DNA from: Camelus ferus
Lineage: Eukaryota
DNA length: 64,000 bases
Direction: 5' to 3'
Assembly: GCF_009834535.1 (NCBI RefSeq)
Contig: NC_045696.1
Location: forward strand, 87,918,001-87,982,000
The notes below the pieces were generated by a model. It saw nothing but the letters and a program-made list of their open reading frames with translations, searched no databases and had not been told where the DNA came from. Both the position numbers and the translations under genes were made by a program. Positions 40,100 through 53,747 of this stretch are shown here, piece by piece (the first letter of the stretch is position 1; each line of letters begins with the position of its first letter).

Positions 40100-41066
40100 T
40101 CTGAGAAAACACGCAGATGCCCAGCAGGTACATGAAAAGGTGCTCAATAGCATTCATCAGAGAAACATAGATCAAAATGTCAATGAGATACCACCTCACA
40201 CCTATCAAATGGCTGTTATCAAAAAGACAAGCCTTGGCAAAGATATGGAGAAAAGGAAATCCTTGTACACTGTTGGTGGGGATGTGAACTGATGCAACCA
40301 CTATGGAAAACAGTATGGAGATTCCTCCAAAAATTAAAAGTAAAACTACCATATGATCCAGCAATTTCACTCCTGGCTGTTTATCCAAAGAAAATGAAAA
40401 CACTAAGTTGAAAAGATACATGCACCCCCATGTTTTTTGCAGCATTATTTACAAATAGCTAAAGATATGGAAATACCCTATGTGTCCACTGATGGATGAA
40501 TAAAGGAAATGTGGTATATGTACAACAGAATATTATTTTGCCATTAAAAAAGTAGGAAATCATGCCATTTGCAACAACATGGATGGACTCTGAGGGCGTT
40601 ATGCTAAGTGAAGTAAGTCAAAAGACAAACATATGTAGAATCTAAAAAAACAAAAGTAAAAAACAAACTCACAGATAAAGAGAACAGACCCATAGCTGAC
40701 AGAGGCTAGGGGGTTGGGGGGCAGGGGGTTGGGAGGTGGGGGATGAGGAGCAGGAGATGAGCAAAATGGGTGAAGGGAATCAAGAGAATCAAAAGGTATA
40801 AACTTCCCCTTATAAAGTAAGTACGTCCTGGGGATGTAATGTACAGCATAGTGACTATAGTTAATAATACTGTATTGGATATTTCAAAGTTGCTAGGAGA
40901 ATAGATCTTAAAGTTTCTTATCACAAGAAAAAAAATTTGAGATTATGTGAGGTGATAGATTTCAATCAGACTTCTTATGGTGATTTCACAATGTACACAA
41001 ACAGTGGATTGTGTTGTACACCTGAAACTCATGTTTTATGTCAAATATACTTAAAAAAAAAAAAAA
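40100..41066 (+). mobile_element. L1 ORF2 3' end, 3' UTR and poly(A)
   Basis: caatgagataccacctcacacct...ccatatgatccagcaatttcactcctgg...catttgcaacaacatggatggac...tgttgtacacctgaaact...A-tail at 41053-41066. Confidence 0.92.
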
Positions 41067-41169
41067 CCACCTCTAGAAAAAGGTGTTCCTTTTTCCTGAA
41101 TGTTAACATTTTTGAGATCTTACAGAAAGCAAAAGCAAAATCTCTGGGAAAATATAAGGATAGTTTAGT

Positions 41170-42250
41170 GTTAGAAATTTGATTAATATAATTCACCAAG
41201 TTACATTAAATGAAGAATAATATAAATATTTCAATATATGAGAAAATGTATTTAGTAAAAATTCAACACTCATTCATGAAAAAAAAAATCTTTTAAATTA
41301 TAAATAGAAGGGAACTTTCTTAACCTGGTATAGGTTAATTTGGAAAAAGCAACTGCAAAGAGTGTATTTACAGTTAAGCTTTAGAAATATTCCCATTAAA
41401 GTCAGGAATAAGACAAGATTCCTTCTACACTTTGCTTTTTTTATTCAGCAATGTATCAAAGGCCCTAGCCTGTACAGCAGTAAAAGAAAAATGAATCAAA
41501 GTTATAAGGAGTAAAAGACATAAAAATATCAATATGCACATACTACATGATTGTCAATATCCTAAGAGAATCTACAAATAAATTGCAATCATGGTCCGAC
41601 ATTACACAAGTGTTTAAAAATAAAATTTTTAAAGGAAGCTGTAATTTAAAATAGCAGTGATAATTATAAGGTGTCTTGGAATAAATCTGACACAAGATAA
41701 GTAAGCTTAATGGAGAAAATTACAAAGCTCCTGATATTAAACACTTAAAAAAAAAACAGATTTACTATGTTCACAGTTGGGAAGTTTCAGTGTATAAAGC
41801 AGCTAATTTTCCCTCAAAATGTTACAGAGACTCAAAACAAGTGTAATGAATAATCTGAAAGGACATTTTTTTTTTGTTAAACTTGGTAAATTATTCTAAA
41901 AATCATAGGTGAAAAGCAAAGGACTAAGATGAGAAAAGACAGTTTGAAGAAGAATATGGTGTGGAGGCTTACTATACCTGGTTAACAGAATAAAGGTTCT
42001 AGAAATTGACCCATGTATATATAGAAACTGGTAGCACTTCCTATCACAAAGGACAGAAAGAATATGCTGTTCAGTAAATAGGGCTGGAACGATTTATGAC
42101 CTATACTGAAAAAAATAAACAAAATTTAATTCCTACCTCACACCATATGTAGAAATTAATTCTTCATTGATTAAATCTAAATCAAATTTTCAATAATGTT
42201 AAAAGAAAATTATACGGCCCAATGGCAGGGAATGATAAGTTGATAAATTA
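41170..42250 (+). mobile_element. Ancient degenerate L1 ORF2 fragment
   Basis: aaaattcaacactcattcatg...aagtcaggaataagacaag...ttggaataaatctgac...cctacctcacaccatat. Confidence 0.75.
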
Positions 42251-42614
42251 TCCTGAAATAAAGATTAACTAGATTGCATTCAGTGTGAAGTCTGCATCCT
42301 ATGAATGATTCTCAGACAAGCTATTTTCCTTTTCAGTCATATAATAAGTTACTCTATGTATTTTTCCGCTAAGCTCATATGCCTTCTTGTGTATCTTTGT
42401 GTTTCTTGTATAACATCTCCAAAGCTATGTCATCAGTTCTTATGTACACAAATATATACAGACTATTTCTTTTGTTATGTAAATGATAAAATACATACAT
42501 ACTGCCCATCTTCTTTACTTTTCTACACATGTTTATTAGAGATGGTATAATATCAATCTATATAGGAAATAAAATAATTCCTCACTTTTAAAAGGGTAAA
42601 CACTACTCTACATA

Positions 42615-43292
42615 ATAGTGAAGATATGGAAACAATCTAAGTGTCCATCGGTGGGTGAATGAATAAAGATGTGGTGTGTATATATATATATAAAATATCT
42701 TACTCAGCCATGAGAAAGAAAGAAATCTTGCCCTTTTCGACAACTTGGATGGAACTTGAAGGCATTCTGCTAAGTGCAAAGAAAGAAACTGCGTGATATC
42801 ACTTATATGTGGAATCTAAAAAAAAAAAAAAATAAGAGCAAGAATAAAAATGTCAAACTTATAAACATAGAAGAAAAGTGATTGCCATGGGCTGGAGGTG
42901 GGGGAAACAAGTAGGGGTTGGAAAAAAGGGACAAACTTTCACCTGTAAAATGAATAAGATCTGAGGATCTAATGGAAAACGTGGTGACTATAAGTTAGTA
43001 ACACGATAATTATATAATCGAAATTGGCTAAGAGACTAGAACTTAAATCTTCTCAACAAATTTATATATACGTATTTATATATAAATGTGTGTGTGTGTG
43101 TATATATATACATACACACAAGAGAGAAAGATGGATGTGTTAGTTAACTAGATGGGAGGAATCCTTTTACAATGTATACATATATCAAATCATTACAATG
43201 TACATTTTAAGTATCTTACAATTTTATTTGTTACTTCTACCTCAAACCTAAAAAAAAAAGAAAGAAAGAAAGAAAAACAAAACCAAAAAAAA
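42615..43292 (+). mobile_element. L1 3' end with A-rich tail
   Basis: gatatggaaacaatctaagtgtccatcgg...acttggatggaacttgaaggcatt...ttatttgttacttctacctca + A-rich tail. Confidence 0.88.
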
Positions 43293-43329
43293 CCCTACAT
43301 ACTACTCCATGATATAGACACATCAAAGT

Positions 43330-44810
43330 GTATTTAACCACTCCACTACTGATGGGATTCAGTCTGTTTCCAATTCTCTTGTACACAAGTGAATATAGAT
43401 ACAGATACATAATTGTGGTCGTAGTGCTGGCAAATATTTCAAACGTCTCTTTCTACAGACTCTCTCAGTTCACACTTTCTTAAGCATAATATGAGAGAAT
43501 TTGCTTTCCCAACAAACTGAATACTATCAAACACTATGACATACACTAATGGTTTCTCCTATTGAAGTTGAGTACATTTTCCATTTGTTTAAGAACATTT
43601 TGTATTTTCTTTTTTATAAATCGTGTATTTCTTTGCTCATTTTTCTATAGTGTCTTTTTCTTATCAATGCAGAGATTCTTATTTATTGGGAAAATTTGCA
43701 CACTGTGGTTTTGTTATGTGAATTGCAAGTATTTCCCCTGTTAATTCTTTGGTTTTGATTTATGATAGCTTTCTCATGCTAAATTTTTATGTTTTCTGTT
43801 GTTTAAAACTCATATTTTATGGGTTTTATGTGGTACTTGGAAAGGTTTTTTCCTGTCTATTATGTTTTGGGTTTTTTTGTTTTTTTTTTAGCATCCCCAT
43901 GGTTTGGTCAAGTTTAAGTGTCTTTCCTTTACCATTGATCTTTGATTAGTATTGATTTAATTTGGCATGAGGTATGACTTTCATTTTTTTCAGATGACAA
44001 TACAGTTGTCCCCAAACGTGTACTATTATATCACTCTTATTACCCCTGTCAGTTTGAAATGCTACTTTAATTATAAAATACAGTGATATGTCTTTGATTC
44101 TATTTCTGTCCTTTTTATTTTATTCCACTGATCTGTCTCTCTGGTACACTAGTACTATATTAACATCAGACAGTGCCAGTTCCCTCTCATTGTTACCTCT
44201 AACACTTTCTTACAATTCTTGATGTTAATATATAAAAATTCATTATCAGCTTCCCTGGTTACAGTTTTGTTGTTGTTTCCATTACCTTTAACTACAGATT
44301 GCATAAAATATATAGATTACCTCTGGAGAACTGACAGCTTTATGACGGTTGTTCCTATTTTTGTTTTAGTTCAGTCATTTTGGTTCCTTCTGGAGAATTT
44401 AAAAGTTGTCTTCATCTAGATCTTACACACTTTTTATTAACTATATTCTAAGGTATTTTATTTTTGCTATTATTGAAATTATCATAAATCAGTCTTTTTT
44501 CAGTCTTCTATAAAATTGATGTCTGTCTATATAAAACATTAAGTTTTATATAAAAATTATGTACTCAGCTGTTTATTAAATTGCTACTGTGGAAATACTT
44601 TTCCTATTGATACTCTTGAGTTTTCCAAATATAAAATCAATACCATCTGTGAATAACAATATTACCTAACCTTTTCAAATCGTGTACTTCAATTTATCTC
44701 TCTTATCTAATTGTATTATCTAGGCCAATATTACATAATAGTAGACAGTTTTCTGTTATTGCCAATGGATGGTAATGTCTCTAGCATTTTCCTATTTAGC
44801 ATATTATGTA
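43330..44810 (-). mobile_element. Ancient degenerate L1 (L1ME-type) ORF2 fragment
   Basis: T-rich reversed L1 motifs: tccactactgatggg...cattttttcagatgacaatacagttgtccc...tattccactgatctg...ccatctgtgaataac. Confidence 0.7.
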
Positions 44811-45019
44811 TAAATGTATATATTTAGTGCACTATCTTATACATATATAGCTCTAGCTATATATGTAGAAAGAGAAGAACACTACATACAGCACTAAAAG
44901 GGATAAATATTAAACTGTAGGATTATATAAATAAACATGTATCGAAAACATCAAATGTATAATATTGCCCTTTTTTTTTCAGTCATAACATTCACATGTA
45001 TGTTAGTCTTAGATTTAGA

Positions 45020-45746
45020 GTCTGCTGATGGGTGGGGCTGTGTCCTCACCTAGTTAGTTGTTTCACTTGAGGTGTCCCAGAACTGCAGCCTACAGTTTGC
45101 TGGGTGGAGCTGGGTCTTAGCGCTAATGACCCAAGAAGTCAGCCACCAGGAGAGCTCACACAGATGAATGCTCCTGAATACATCGGCCATGAGCATCTTT
45201 GTCCTCAGAGTAAGCCACAGCAACCTCCCCAGGAGGGCTTCCAAGACCAGCAGGTAGGTCTGGTCCAGGCTTATCGAATTACTTCCTCTGCCCTTGGTCC
45301 CAGTGCATGTGAGATTCTGTGTGCACCATTTAAGAGTGAAATCTCTATTCTCCCGCAATCTTATAAAGCTCCTGCAATCAAGCCCCTCTGGCCTTCAAAG
45401 CCAAATGCTCTGGGGCTTCTCTTCCCACTACCAGACTCCCAGGCTAGGGAGCCTGACTTGAAGCTCAGAACTCTCACTCATGTGGGAGAACCTCTACAAT
45501 ATAATTATTCTCCAGACTGTGGGTCGCCCACCCAGGGGGTATGAGAGTTGATTATATTCTTGAGTCCACCTCTCCTACCCATCTTGCTGTGGTTCCTTCT
45601 TTATATCTTTAGTTGAAGGTCTTTCCTGGTAGGTTCTAGTCTTTTTTTAATTGATGATCATTCAGCAGTTAGTTGTGATTTTGGTGTGCTCATGAGAGGA
45701 GGTAAGCTCAAGGTCCTTTTACTCCACCATCTTGGCCACTCTCCTC
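45020..45746 (-). mobile_element. Isolated cetartiodactyl L1 5' UTR (promoter region) without ORF1/ORF2
   Basis: The minus strand begins GAGGAGAGTGGCCAAGATGGTGGAGTAAAAAGGACC...CACCAAAATCACAACTAACTGCTGAA, the typical L1 5' start with a YY1-like AAGATGG motif. Similarity ends near ctgctgatgggtggggctgtg. Confidence 0.85.
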
Positions 45747-45899
45747 AACCTTTAATTCTTCCCAGACTGCAAAGACTTCCCCTTCTGACTCCTACTGATA
45801 GACTATTTCTTAAAAATATAGTCAGTCTTTGTTATTCTTTCTTTAGTCACAATTAGTCACAAGGAAACTCTCAAGCCAATTTCTGCATCCAATTCCCAC

Positions 45900-46129
45900 C
45901 ATTGCAAAGAAAGCTTTAGATACTATATCTTGTGGTAGGCTCTTCATTTTGCAATATTTTCTTTGTATCTTCTTTTCACAACCACAAGTATTTCCTCTCT
46001 TCCTCCCCTTGCACCAGCTGCTTGATATTCACCAATATTTGGTTCCTTTTTGATTTGCATTTTGGTCTGTTTCAGTTTTGTTCTAGTTTCACTGAATGAG
46101 GCAGAGAAAGCTTTTCTGTTCTCAGTATC
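45900..46129 (-). pseudogene. Putative decayed exon of an unnamed coiled-coil gene
   Basis: Acceptor ...catgcag. The phase-2 frame reads ILRTEKLSLPHSVKLEQN*NRPKCKSKRNQILVNIKQLVQGEEERKYLWL*KEDTKKILQNEE, compatible with the phase-2 end of the 47148-47261 segment. The donor is uncertain. Confidence 0.4.
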
Positions 46130-46249
46130 CTGCATGTTTTTCAGAAGAATGAATAAAACCTTACTTCATGCCCTTAGCATCAAACCAGAAGTCTTGTAAG
46201 TGGATTTCTAAAGCAAACTATCCGGTAAAAATTCTAAAACTAGACATTA

Positions 46250-46960
46250 AGCACTATTTTTTAAATAGTGAAAAGACATGCCATAGACTATGAAAAGATA
46301 GCTGTAAGTCACATGGGCAGATATAAAACTAAAATACAGAATATAAAGAATTTATACAAATTATAACAGACAACAGCCCAATAGAAACAGCTTCTATGCA
46401 TAGTGATTTATAAAAGAAATTCAAATAACCAAATAAACATAATAAAAGATGCTGAACTTTGATGATAGTCAGGTGGGCAAACATTTTCAAATCTAACATT
46501 GGAAAATGTGAATTAGGGAAGGAGAGGTAATCTCATATTCTGCTATGAGCATATTTTGGTGCAAACACCTCAGGAAACAATTTAACAATTGTTAGATTGA
46601 AGACCCAGCAATTCCATTCTTAGCTATATACTTTAGAAAGATACTTGCCTAAGACACAAGTTTATAAGAGCAGTTTTTACAACAGTAAAAATTTGAAACA
46701 GAAATGCATAAACATTTGTAGCATCCTCAAACAATGAAATACTACAAAACTGTAAAAAGATGAATTTTATGTGTAAAATTATAAACATATTTAAAAAATA
46801 GTGCTGACCATAAAATTAAGTCTAAAAGTATATACATAATATGATACTACTTAAAGTTTATTATATATAATAATATGTATATTTTAGGATCAAATTCACT
46901 TGCAATAAAAATACTTTTAAAAAAGCATGAGAATGTTGACTATTAAATGTAGTATTTATT
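46250..46960 (+). mobile_element. Ancient L1ME-type 3' fragment
   Basis: aatagtgaaaagaca...acagaatataaagaa...gacccagcaattccattcttag...caatgaaatactacaaaactgtaaaaaga. Confidence 0.7.
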
Positions 46961-47147
46961 CCAGGAATCCATAAATATTTGAGAAAGTGAGCCAAGTACA
47001 AGCCCAGACTTCACACAATCAATATTCAGACTATCGTCATAGGAACACTGAAAAAAAAGTGTTAAGTCATAAGCTGGTGATATCTAGGACATTCGAATGC
47101 TAATATACAACCCACAGTAGCCAACTGAAACTGCTCCCCTGAGAAAC

Positions 47148-47261
47148 CTGTCATATGAACCGTTCACAAACATTTCTGCTTCTGTCTCTATTTCTTTTCT
47201 GTTTTACTCTGCCACAGCAAATCGTAAAAGCTGAAACATCAAATTGGACTGGTGACTATGT
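47148..47261 (-). pseudogene. Putative decayed exon (114 nt, phase 2-2) of an unnamed coiled-coil gene
   Basis: tatttag| ... ACAG|gtttct. Translates HSHQSNLMFQLLRFAVAE*NRKEIETEAEMFVNGSYD with one in-frame TAA. Confidence 0.45.
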
Positions 47262-48204
47262 CTAAATATGTATAGACAGACACATGGAGTGTTAAAATAA
47301 CTGAGAGACTTCAGAGCTGTAACCAGGGCCATCCCTCTTTGTATAGGAAGACAGTGAAACGCAACCACAGCCTCTCTCTCAGGCTGAGCCGCCATAGTCA
47401 GGGTTCTTAGAACAAACTGTCCTACTATGATTGATGACAGATTGATCTGTCTCCTGCAAAACTGAGGCCAACAACACTGAATGTAACCAGAGAACCGTAC
47501 GTTTCTGTATCATTAACTTATTTTTCCTCTATTTCCTTGTATCATCTAAATTTTGTCAAGATTTCAATATATTAAATCAAAAATCTCAATTTCATAACCA
47601 CTTATAAAAAAGCTCATAATCTTAGTCAATTATTTATAATTAAAATTACCATTTGTTTTAATATAAAGAAATAAAACTGAATTATAGATTGGTTTATTTA
47701 CTTGCAATGGAAAGTTATTAAACCTGAAGCTGTTTACCATCTTTCTATAGCAATAATGAAACTTGCCAACTTGCACAACCATCAGAAACAATCAGAAATC
47801 ACATACATGAGATCTAGCACAGCATTTTTTAATGACTCACAAAGACAGCAGTAGGAAAGCTGTTACCCCATTGCTCTTTACACTCTCGGGTAGTTTACTA
47901 GGATTCAGAAGGACAGACATCAAACTTCCAAAGTAGGTTCTTGGTACTTGGAACACAGGCATTTAAGCTGCACCAATAGGGGAATCAACACATTCCCCTG
48001 GCATCATCAACGATGCAAAACTACTGTATACAGCATTATCCAGGCTCTCAGACCTGACTTACCACCTCAGTATTCTACAAAGGATGATTACCTTAAACAA
48101 TGAAGCTACTGCCAGCTTTGTGGAGAAACGTTCAGTTCCTAAATCATCTGCCAGGAAGGAAGTAAATTCCCTTTCTGGGATAAAAGCCCATAAGAAAGAA
48201 ATCT

Positions 48205-51200
48205 TAAGACAATTAACCCCTTCCTCTTACTACCAAAGTTAGAAGCCAGAACTCATTTCCCTTCCATCTTTACAGAGAGAACACTGGTCTATGACTTCAT
48301 CAGGCCAGACACATCTACCGACAACTTCAGTTTAGAAACGAGCCACATGAGGTCACAGCCGTGATAAGGAATCCATTCTGCTCAGAATGGTGAGAAAAAA
48401 ATCAGGCTTTAGAAATCAGCATGAACAGAATTTCTTCTGGCTAATCCCTAATGCCTACATGCAAGCTGCAGTCTGTCTCCCAACGGCCGCAAGCAGTGGT
48501 GTGTTTGCTGGGGCAGTGCTCACAGTACTGTGCCTACATTTTCTCTGGCTATGCAGCTTCAAAACCTCCATCTTGAACCCTCCCAAAGATTGTATCATCT
48601 GCCTAATGTATTTTAACCCATTCCTTTTCGTTTCAGCAAGCTAAGCAGCTTTTGTTTCCAATCAGAATGCTGACGGATGCTGAATTAATTGCAGGCACAG
48701 CTGCAGATACCACATTCTTAAGAAAACAGAAATCTGAGATTGGTGATATAGACAGGTTGGGTTTGGAGGTGGTAAGGATCCAGCTCAGGAAACACAGTGA
48801 TTAAACATTTAATTAAGTTATTCCAGGTAACTCATTGGAGACTAGCTTCAGAACACTGAGAAGCCACTGCTGTGGAATAGTATGAACAACATCAAGAATA
48901 CAAACCCTACAGGGTAAATTGCCTACTTCTAATTGTACTAGACAATCACCAGTATATACACTATATATATATATATTTTATGTATCTGTGTGTGTGTATA
49001 AATAATATGCTCAAAATCCCAAATTCCCAGCTCAAGGTACACTGTGAGAACCAGGAAAAGCCTAGTCTCCTGAAGTGTAACCTCACTTAGTAGTACAACT
49101 ACACTTAATTGCTAAGCGTATGCTACTTAGTAGTGTCATCCCAGGGCTGAGGTAAGCAAAGAATTACATTCTGTCCAATGACATCATCTGAATGGACATC
49201 CTTGCCAGGTCTTACAGGTAAAATTCAGACCACTGACTAGGAAAGAAGAGAACCCTGGAAATTGAAATGGGGACTCAGAAGGATTCAAATGCCTCTGAGA
49301 ACTCTAAATTCCTCAATCTCATTGAGCCTTCATCACCAGAGGAAGCAGTTTCTCCTCCCCTTTTGCTGGGCAGCACTTCCCTATACACTCATCAACCCCT
49401 TATCTTGTGAAAGAAGGCCAATTCTCCTTGGTCCTCACCCCTCATTATCTGCAGATCTAAGACCAGAGATAGACCATGTTTACTCTCTTGGGGTAGATGC
49501 AAGGGGGAGTAACTTCCATGTTCAACTTTAGGTGGAAAAACTTTACCCCATTAAAAAATTGCAAAATTTGGCTAATCTAGATTAATAAAATCCTAGAAAA
49601 TATATATGGGTATAGATTTAGACATTAAACTAAGAAGGAAAGGAAATTATTTTAAAATAAGATAGTTTCTCATTATAAGAGAGTTAGCAGTGATTTCATC
49701 TGCTTTAAGACTGAAAATTGTTCTAAACATTTGCCAAGTTGGTTGACTAAAACCTGAATTCATGGCGGTAAATAAAGTTAAGGGGTAAGGAATTCTTGGT
49801 GTACCGTAGAAGAAGGAACCCAACACCTTAGGAAACTACAAAAATCAAAGTGATTTATAAAGTAGCCTGATATCCATTCCCTGGTATCTCCAAGGGTCCC
49901 AAACCATGTCCCGTAGGAGGGGCCTTAAGTAAAGCTTTTCACAAAACACCAAGAATAGCACTGACTCTCAGAGCACCAATATATTATAAAAGCATAAGCT
50001 CTAAGATGGCTATTCTCTGTTGGCTGGGAATATGCATGGATACAGTACTTTTGAAACGGGCTCTCTATGTCAAAAGTGCTGTTAGAATCTTCAGGTGGAA
50101 AAAAAACTATACCTTGAAAACAGAAGAGAGAATCCAGGCATGGCTAGGTTAAATAGCAGTGTTAGCAAGATTATCAGGATGATCTGACCCACAGGGATCT
50201 TTTGTTGTGGATGTTTGATCACTGGATTCTTAGGATCTAAGTATAGGGGCAGTTCACTTGAGTCAGTTCACAGACCTAGCATGTCTTCCATAAGGAGAAA
50301 TTGCATATAATTGTAGAGTATGTTACAATAACATCAAAAGTGCCTACTGTAAATTTTCCTCTATAGCTTTCCCAAAAGGACCCACATTTAACAACCAGGC
50401 TAAATGTGCACTGGAGAAAGGGACATTGCAAGATATTTCAGAGATGATTAGAAACTAGCTTTAAATTCAGTCCCTGAAGTCAGACAATTGTCTTCTACTG
50501 GTAAGAATGGGGTTTTTGAAAAATAGAATTGTGGGCAGAGACCACCTCAAGTGAGTCTTATGGAACTCTAATCCTATCTCTTCCCCTAGCAAACAACCCT
50601 ACAACATAGTGCCTTACAGCAGTGATATATATTGTGCTCATAAATTTGCTTAGACAGGATTTGGCAGTGAAAGTTCATCTTTGCTCTTTGTAGCATCAGT
50701 TCAGAGCTAGAATCATCTGTCGAATTATTCACTCATATCTGGTAGTTGATGCTGGCTGTGGCCAGAACACTTACAAGTCTGAGCTGGGGCTGTTACTTAC
50801 AGCACCAACAAGTGGCCACTCGAGGAAGTCTGGACTTCTTCCGAACACAGTGGTTGTGCCCCAACCACCACAAGCATCCCAAGAAAGAGAGCAAGTTGTA
50901 CCTTCTTTTCTAACACAGCCTTGGAAATAGAATACGGCAAACTGACACTGCCTATTTGTCAAAGCAGTCACAAGATCTCACTGTATTCAAGGGTCAAAAG
51001 TATCGATTTTAGCTCTTGATGGGGGAGTAACAGGGTTCCGGAAGAGCATATGGAACCAGAAAAACCACTGCAGCCATTTTGGAAATGTATCATCTTTCAC
51101 ATCATTGCTACTTTATTTACTCATACCAAGGTGTATATTTGTAATACATATACTCAGTAACTGGAAAAAAAATCTCTACACTAGCTCTCAAATGATTGAA

Positions 51201-52985
51201 TCAATCTAAATGACAAATATTATCATATATTTAGTCAGGCAATTTCTGCCATTGCAGCAGTTTTTCCAAAATTTGGTCTCATTTAGGGAGCAAATAAACC
51301 TGCTGCTGCTTGCCTGTTGGTTCATAAATATTGATCTGACATTTCTTTTTATTTTTGCTATTCCAGTAAGTAGACAGTATGAGAAGCAGTTTATCACTCT
51401 AAGGTAGGCCAATAGCACACCTTCTTTGTCTTCTATCTGGGATAAGTCAACTACTTGGCTCTCTGTTGTAATATAATGTAAAAGACTGATTTCACCATCT
51501 CACAGAACGTCATGTTGTCCAGTATACTGATATCATCATATATCTAGGTCCTGATAAGCAGAAAGAAGTCAATAGTTTAAATGCCATGGTAACATGTGGA
51601 TGCTGGTGGCTGTGAAAACAATCTCAGGAAATTTCAGAAGCCTGCTACCCCCATGAATTTTCAGAATGTGGTAGCCTGGAAGGAGTTAAAAATTAGTTGG
51701 CTGCACCTTGCAATTCTAACCTCTGAGAGAGAGATGACACCTGACTGCTATAAAATTTTAAGGAAAAATCCTCATAAGCCATGTTTTATGTGCTGCTGGA
51801 CATCATTTAAGTGAACTGGAATGTTAGTTAATCAGTGGGGTTACAAGAAGTTTGTATGAGCAGGTGGCTCAGTTTCTAATGTGCCTATTCCTACTGCAGT
51901 GTCATCACTTCCTCAACCCACCTCTCTATGACCAAACAGAAAGGGGGTTTTTTGTAACTATGTGATCACAGAGGAAACTTTTCTGATTTACAGAGAGCTC
52001 TGCCCAATATGGTGGCATTAGTTAATATGCACTGTTGTGGCTTCAGAGTCCCACTTGAGGTAGCTCTGGGGGACAGAGGGAAGGATAATCCTGCCAGTGG
52101 GCAAAACTACCAGGGTACTTATTGTAGTCTACTTGTCTTAGGAGGAGAGACTGTGTGAGGAACACATACAAGGACCAGTAGTTTGACCAAATGGTCTGGG
52201 AAAAAGAAGTTTGGATAAACCTCTCAGATTTAACTCAGAATTTGACAATGTTTGTCCTGTGCCAATGTCCAGCAGACGATTCCCAGTGAAGAGGAGTTCT
52301 CAACAATTAGGGGGACAAGTCGTTCTAACATGTGGATCCTAATCAGTCTTTTTTCCCCAATCCATGTAATATTTACTCAAAAGTGGCCATGGTGGCATAA
52401 GGAGATTTTGAATAGGCTCAACATATGGACCTTCCTCTCACCAGTGCCGACTTGGCTATTATCACTATGGAGTGCCTAGTTTTCTAGCAATGGCAGCTGT
52501 CTCTGAGCCCCTGATAGGGGCCCATATCCCGAGGAGACCAGATAGCCACTTGGCAGCAAGTTGGTTAGTTTGGACCCCTTTCCCAGAGTAGATTTTTCCT
52601 TATTGGACTACACACTTACTCTGAATTTGAATTTGACTTCTCTGCTTGCCATGTTCTGCCAAGAACACCATCTGTTGACTCACTGAATGTCTACTCACCG
52701 TCAGGTTAAACCAAACAATATTACTTCTGACTAAGAAAACGCAATTTACAATGAAAGAAAGTAGGGCAGTTGGTTGTTATTCATGGGATTCGCTAGTACT
52801 GTGCCCCAGAAACAACTGTCCTTATGGAATATCGGAATGGGCTTTTGAAGACTCAGTAACAACGTCACCTGAAATACAGTACTGCATGAGAGTCAATGCC
52901 ATCCTATAATATACTGCCTAGTGTTTGATGCTGTCCTCTCAGCCAGAATATGATCTGTGATCCAAGGGATAGAAATGAGAGTGGT
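48205..52985 (+). mobile_element. Degenerate ERVL (class III) provirus: LTR16-like LTR (about 48205-48680) plus gag/pol remnants
   Basis: ERVL gag-like gaaccctggaaattgaaatggggact...gaggaagcag. RT region remnant near 51400-51540. Integrase remnant at about 52551: WQQVG*FGPL...LIGLHTYSEFEFDFSA (cf. WQVDYIGPLP...LTGIDTYSGYGFAFPA) and SD*E (cf. SDQG). Confidence 0.85.
50575..51100 (-). mobile_element. MaLR MLT1-type LTR nested in the ERVL
   Basis: caaacaaccctacaacatagtgcctta...ttattcactcatatctggtagttgatgctggctg...tgtcaaagcagtcacaag...cagccattttggaaat. Confidence 0.8.
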
Positions 52986-53747
52986 TCATTTAATCTAAGA
53001 ATCTGATTGATACAGTATCTATTTAAGTAGAATACATCTCTTAACTTTAAAAGGTATTTATTGAGATCATTGCATCTAATCTCATGATCTTTGATTAGGA
53101 AAAGTTGTTCTCAAAAACATTTGATTACAAGTGTTTAAATTATTTCTATACATATTCTACCCTAGACTCAGACATTTAAACATAAGTTTTACATCAGAGT
53201 AGGATTATTCTATTTATAAAGAGTCACAAAGTATCTGCTATATAGTAGGTTCTCAATAAATATTTGTTGAACAATAAATTTTTAAAGCAAACTCATTCAG
53301 TGAATTTTACTATTTTTCATGAAATTTTTATTTATGAATAAAAATACAGTTTGTAACTTAAGAATATACATCTAGTATGTTAAAATACTGTTACTCAACA
53401 GTTCCTGCTTATTCCTTTTGTTGAAGTGACTTTTATTTTTAACATTTTTACAACTAACAGTCTAATATTAAACAAAAATTGTATTGCTATATAAGCAATG
53501 GACTATTTCAGCCCATAGTTATTCTATAGATATAAACTGTATCTGATAAATATTTATTATTTCTAGCCATGATACATCTTTCTGTCTAAATCAAAACAAG
53601 TTAACCCCAACAAGGAAAAATGTAATGACAATTTCTTTGAAATGGAAAGAAAAGCTATTCTAAGGAAATAAATGTATTTTTTTGCTATTCTCATAGACAG
53701 TAATGTAAATGTGTTTGCCTTCCTTAGAATTATAAAAAAAACTCTAC

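Noticed and set aside
45104..45544. 146-aa ORF
   Set aside because: It lies antisense within the L1 5' UTR and is most likely a chance ORF in GC-richer repeat sequence.
45900..46129. TRIM-family coiled-coil assignment (EEERKYLW resembles TRIM38-type EEEKSYLW)
   Set aside because: No RING, B-box or SPRY remnants are nearby, and the resemblance is too short to name a gene.
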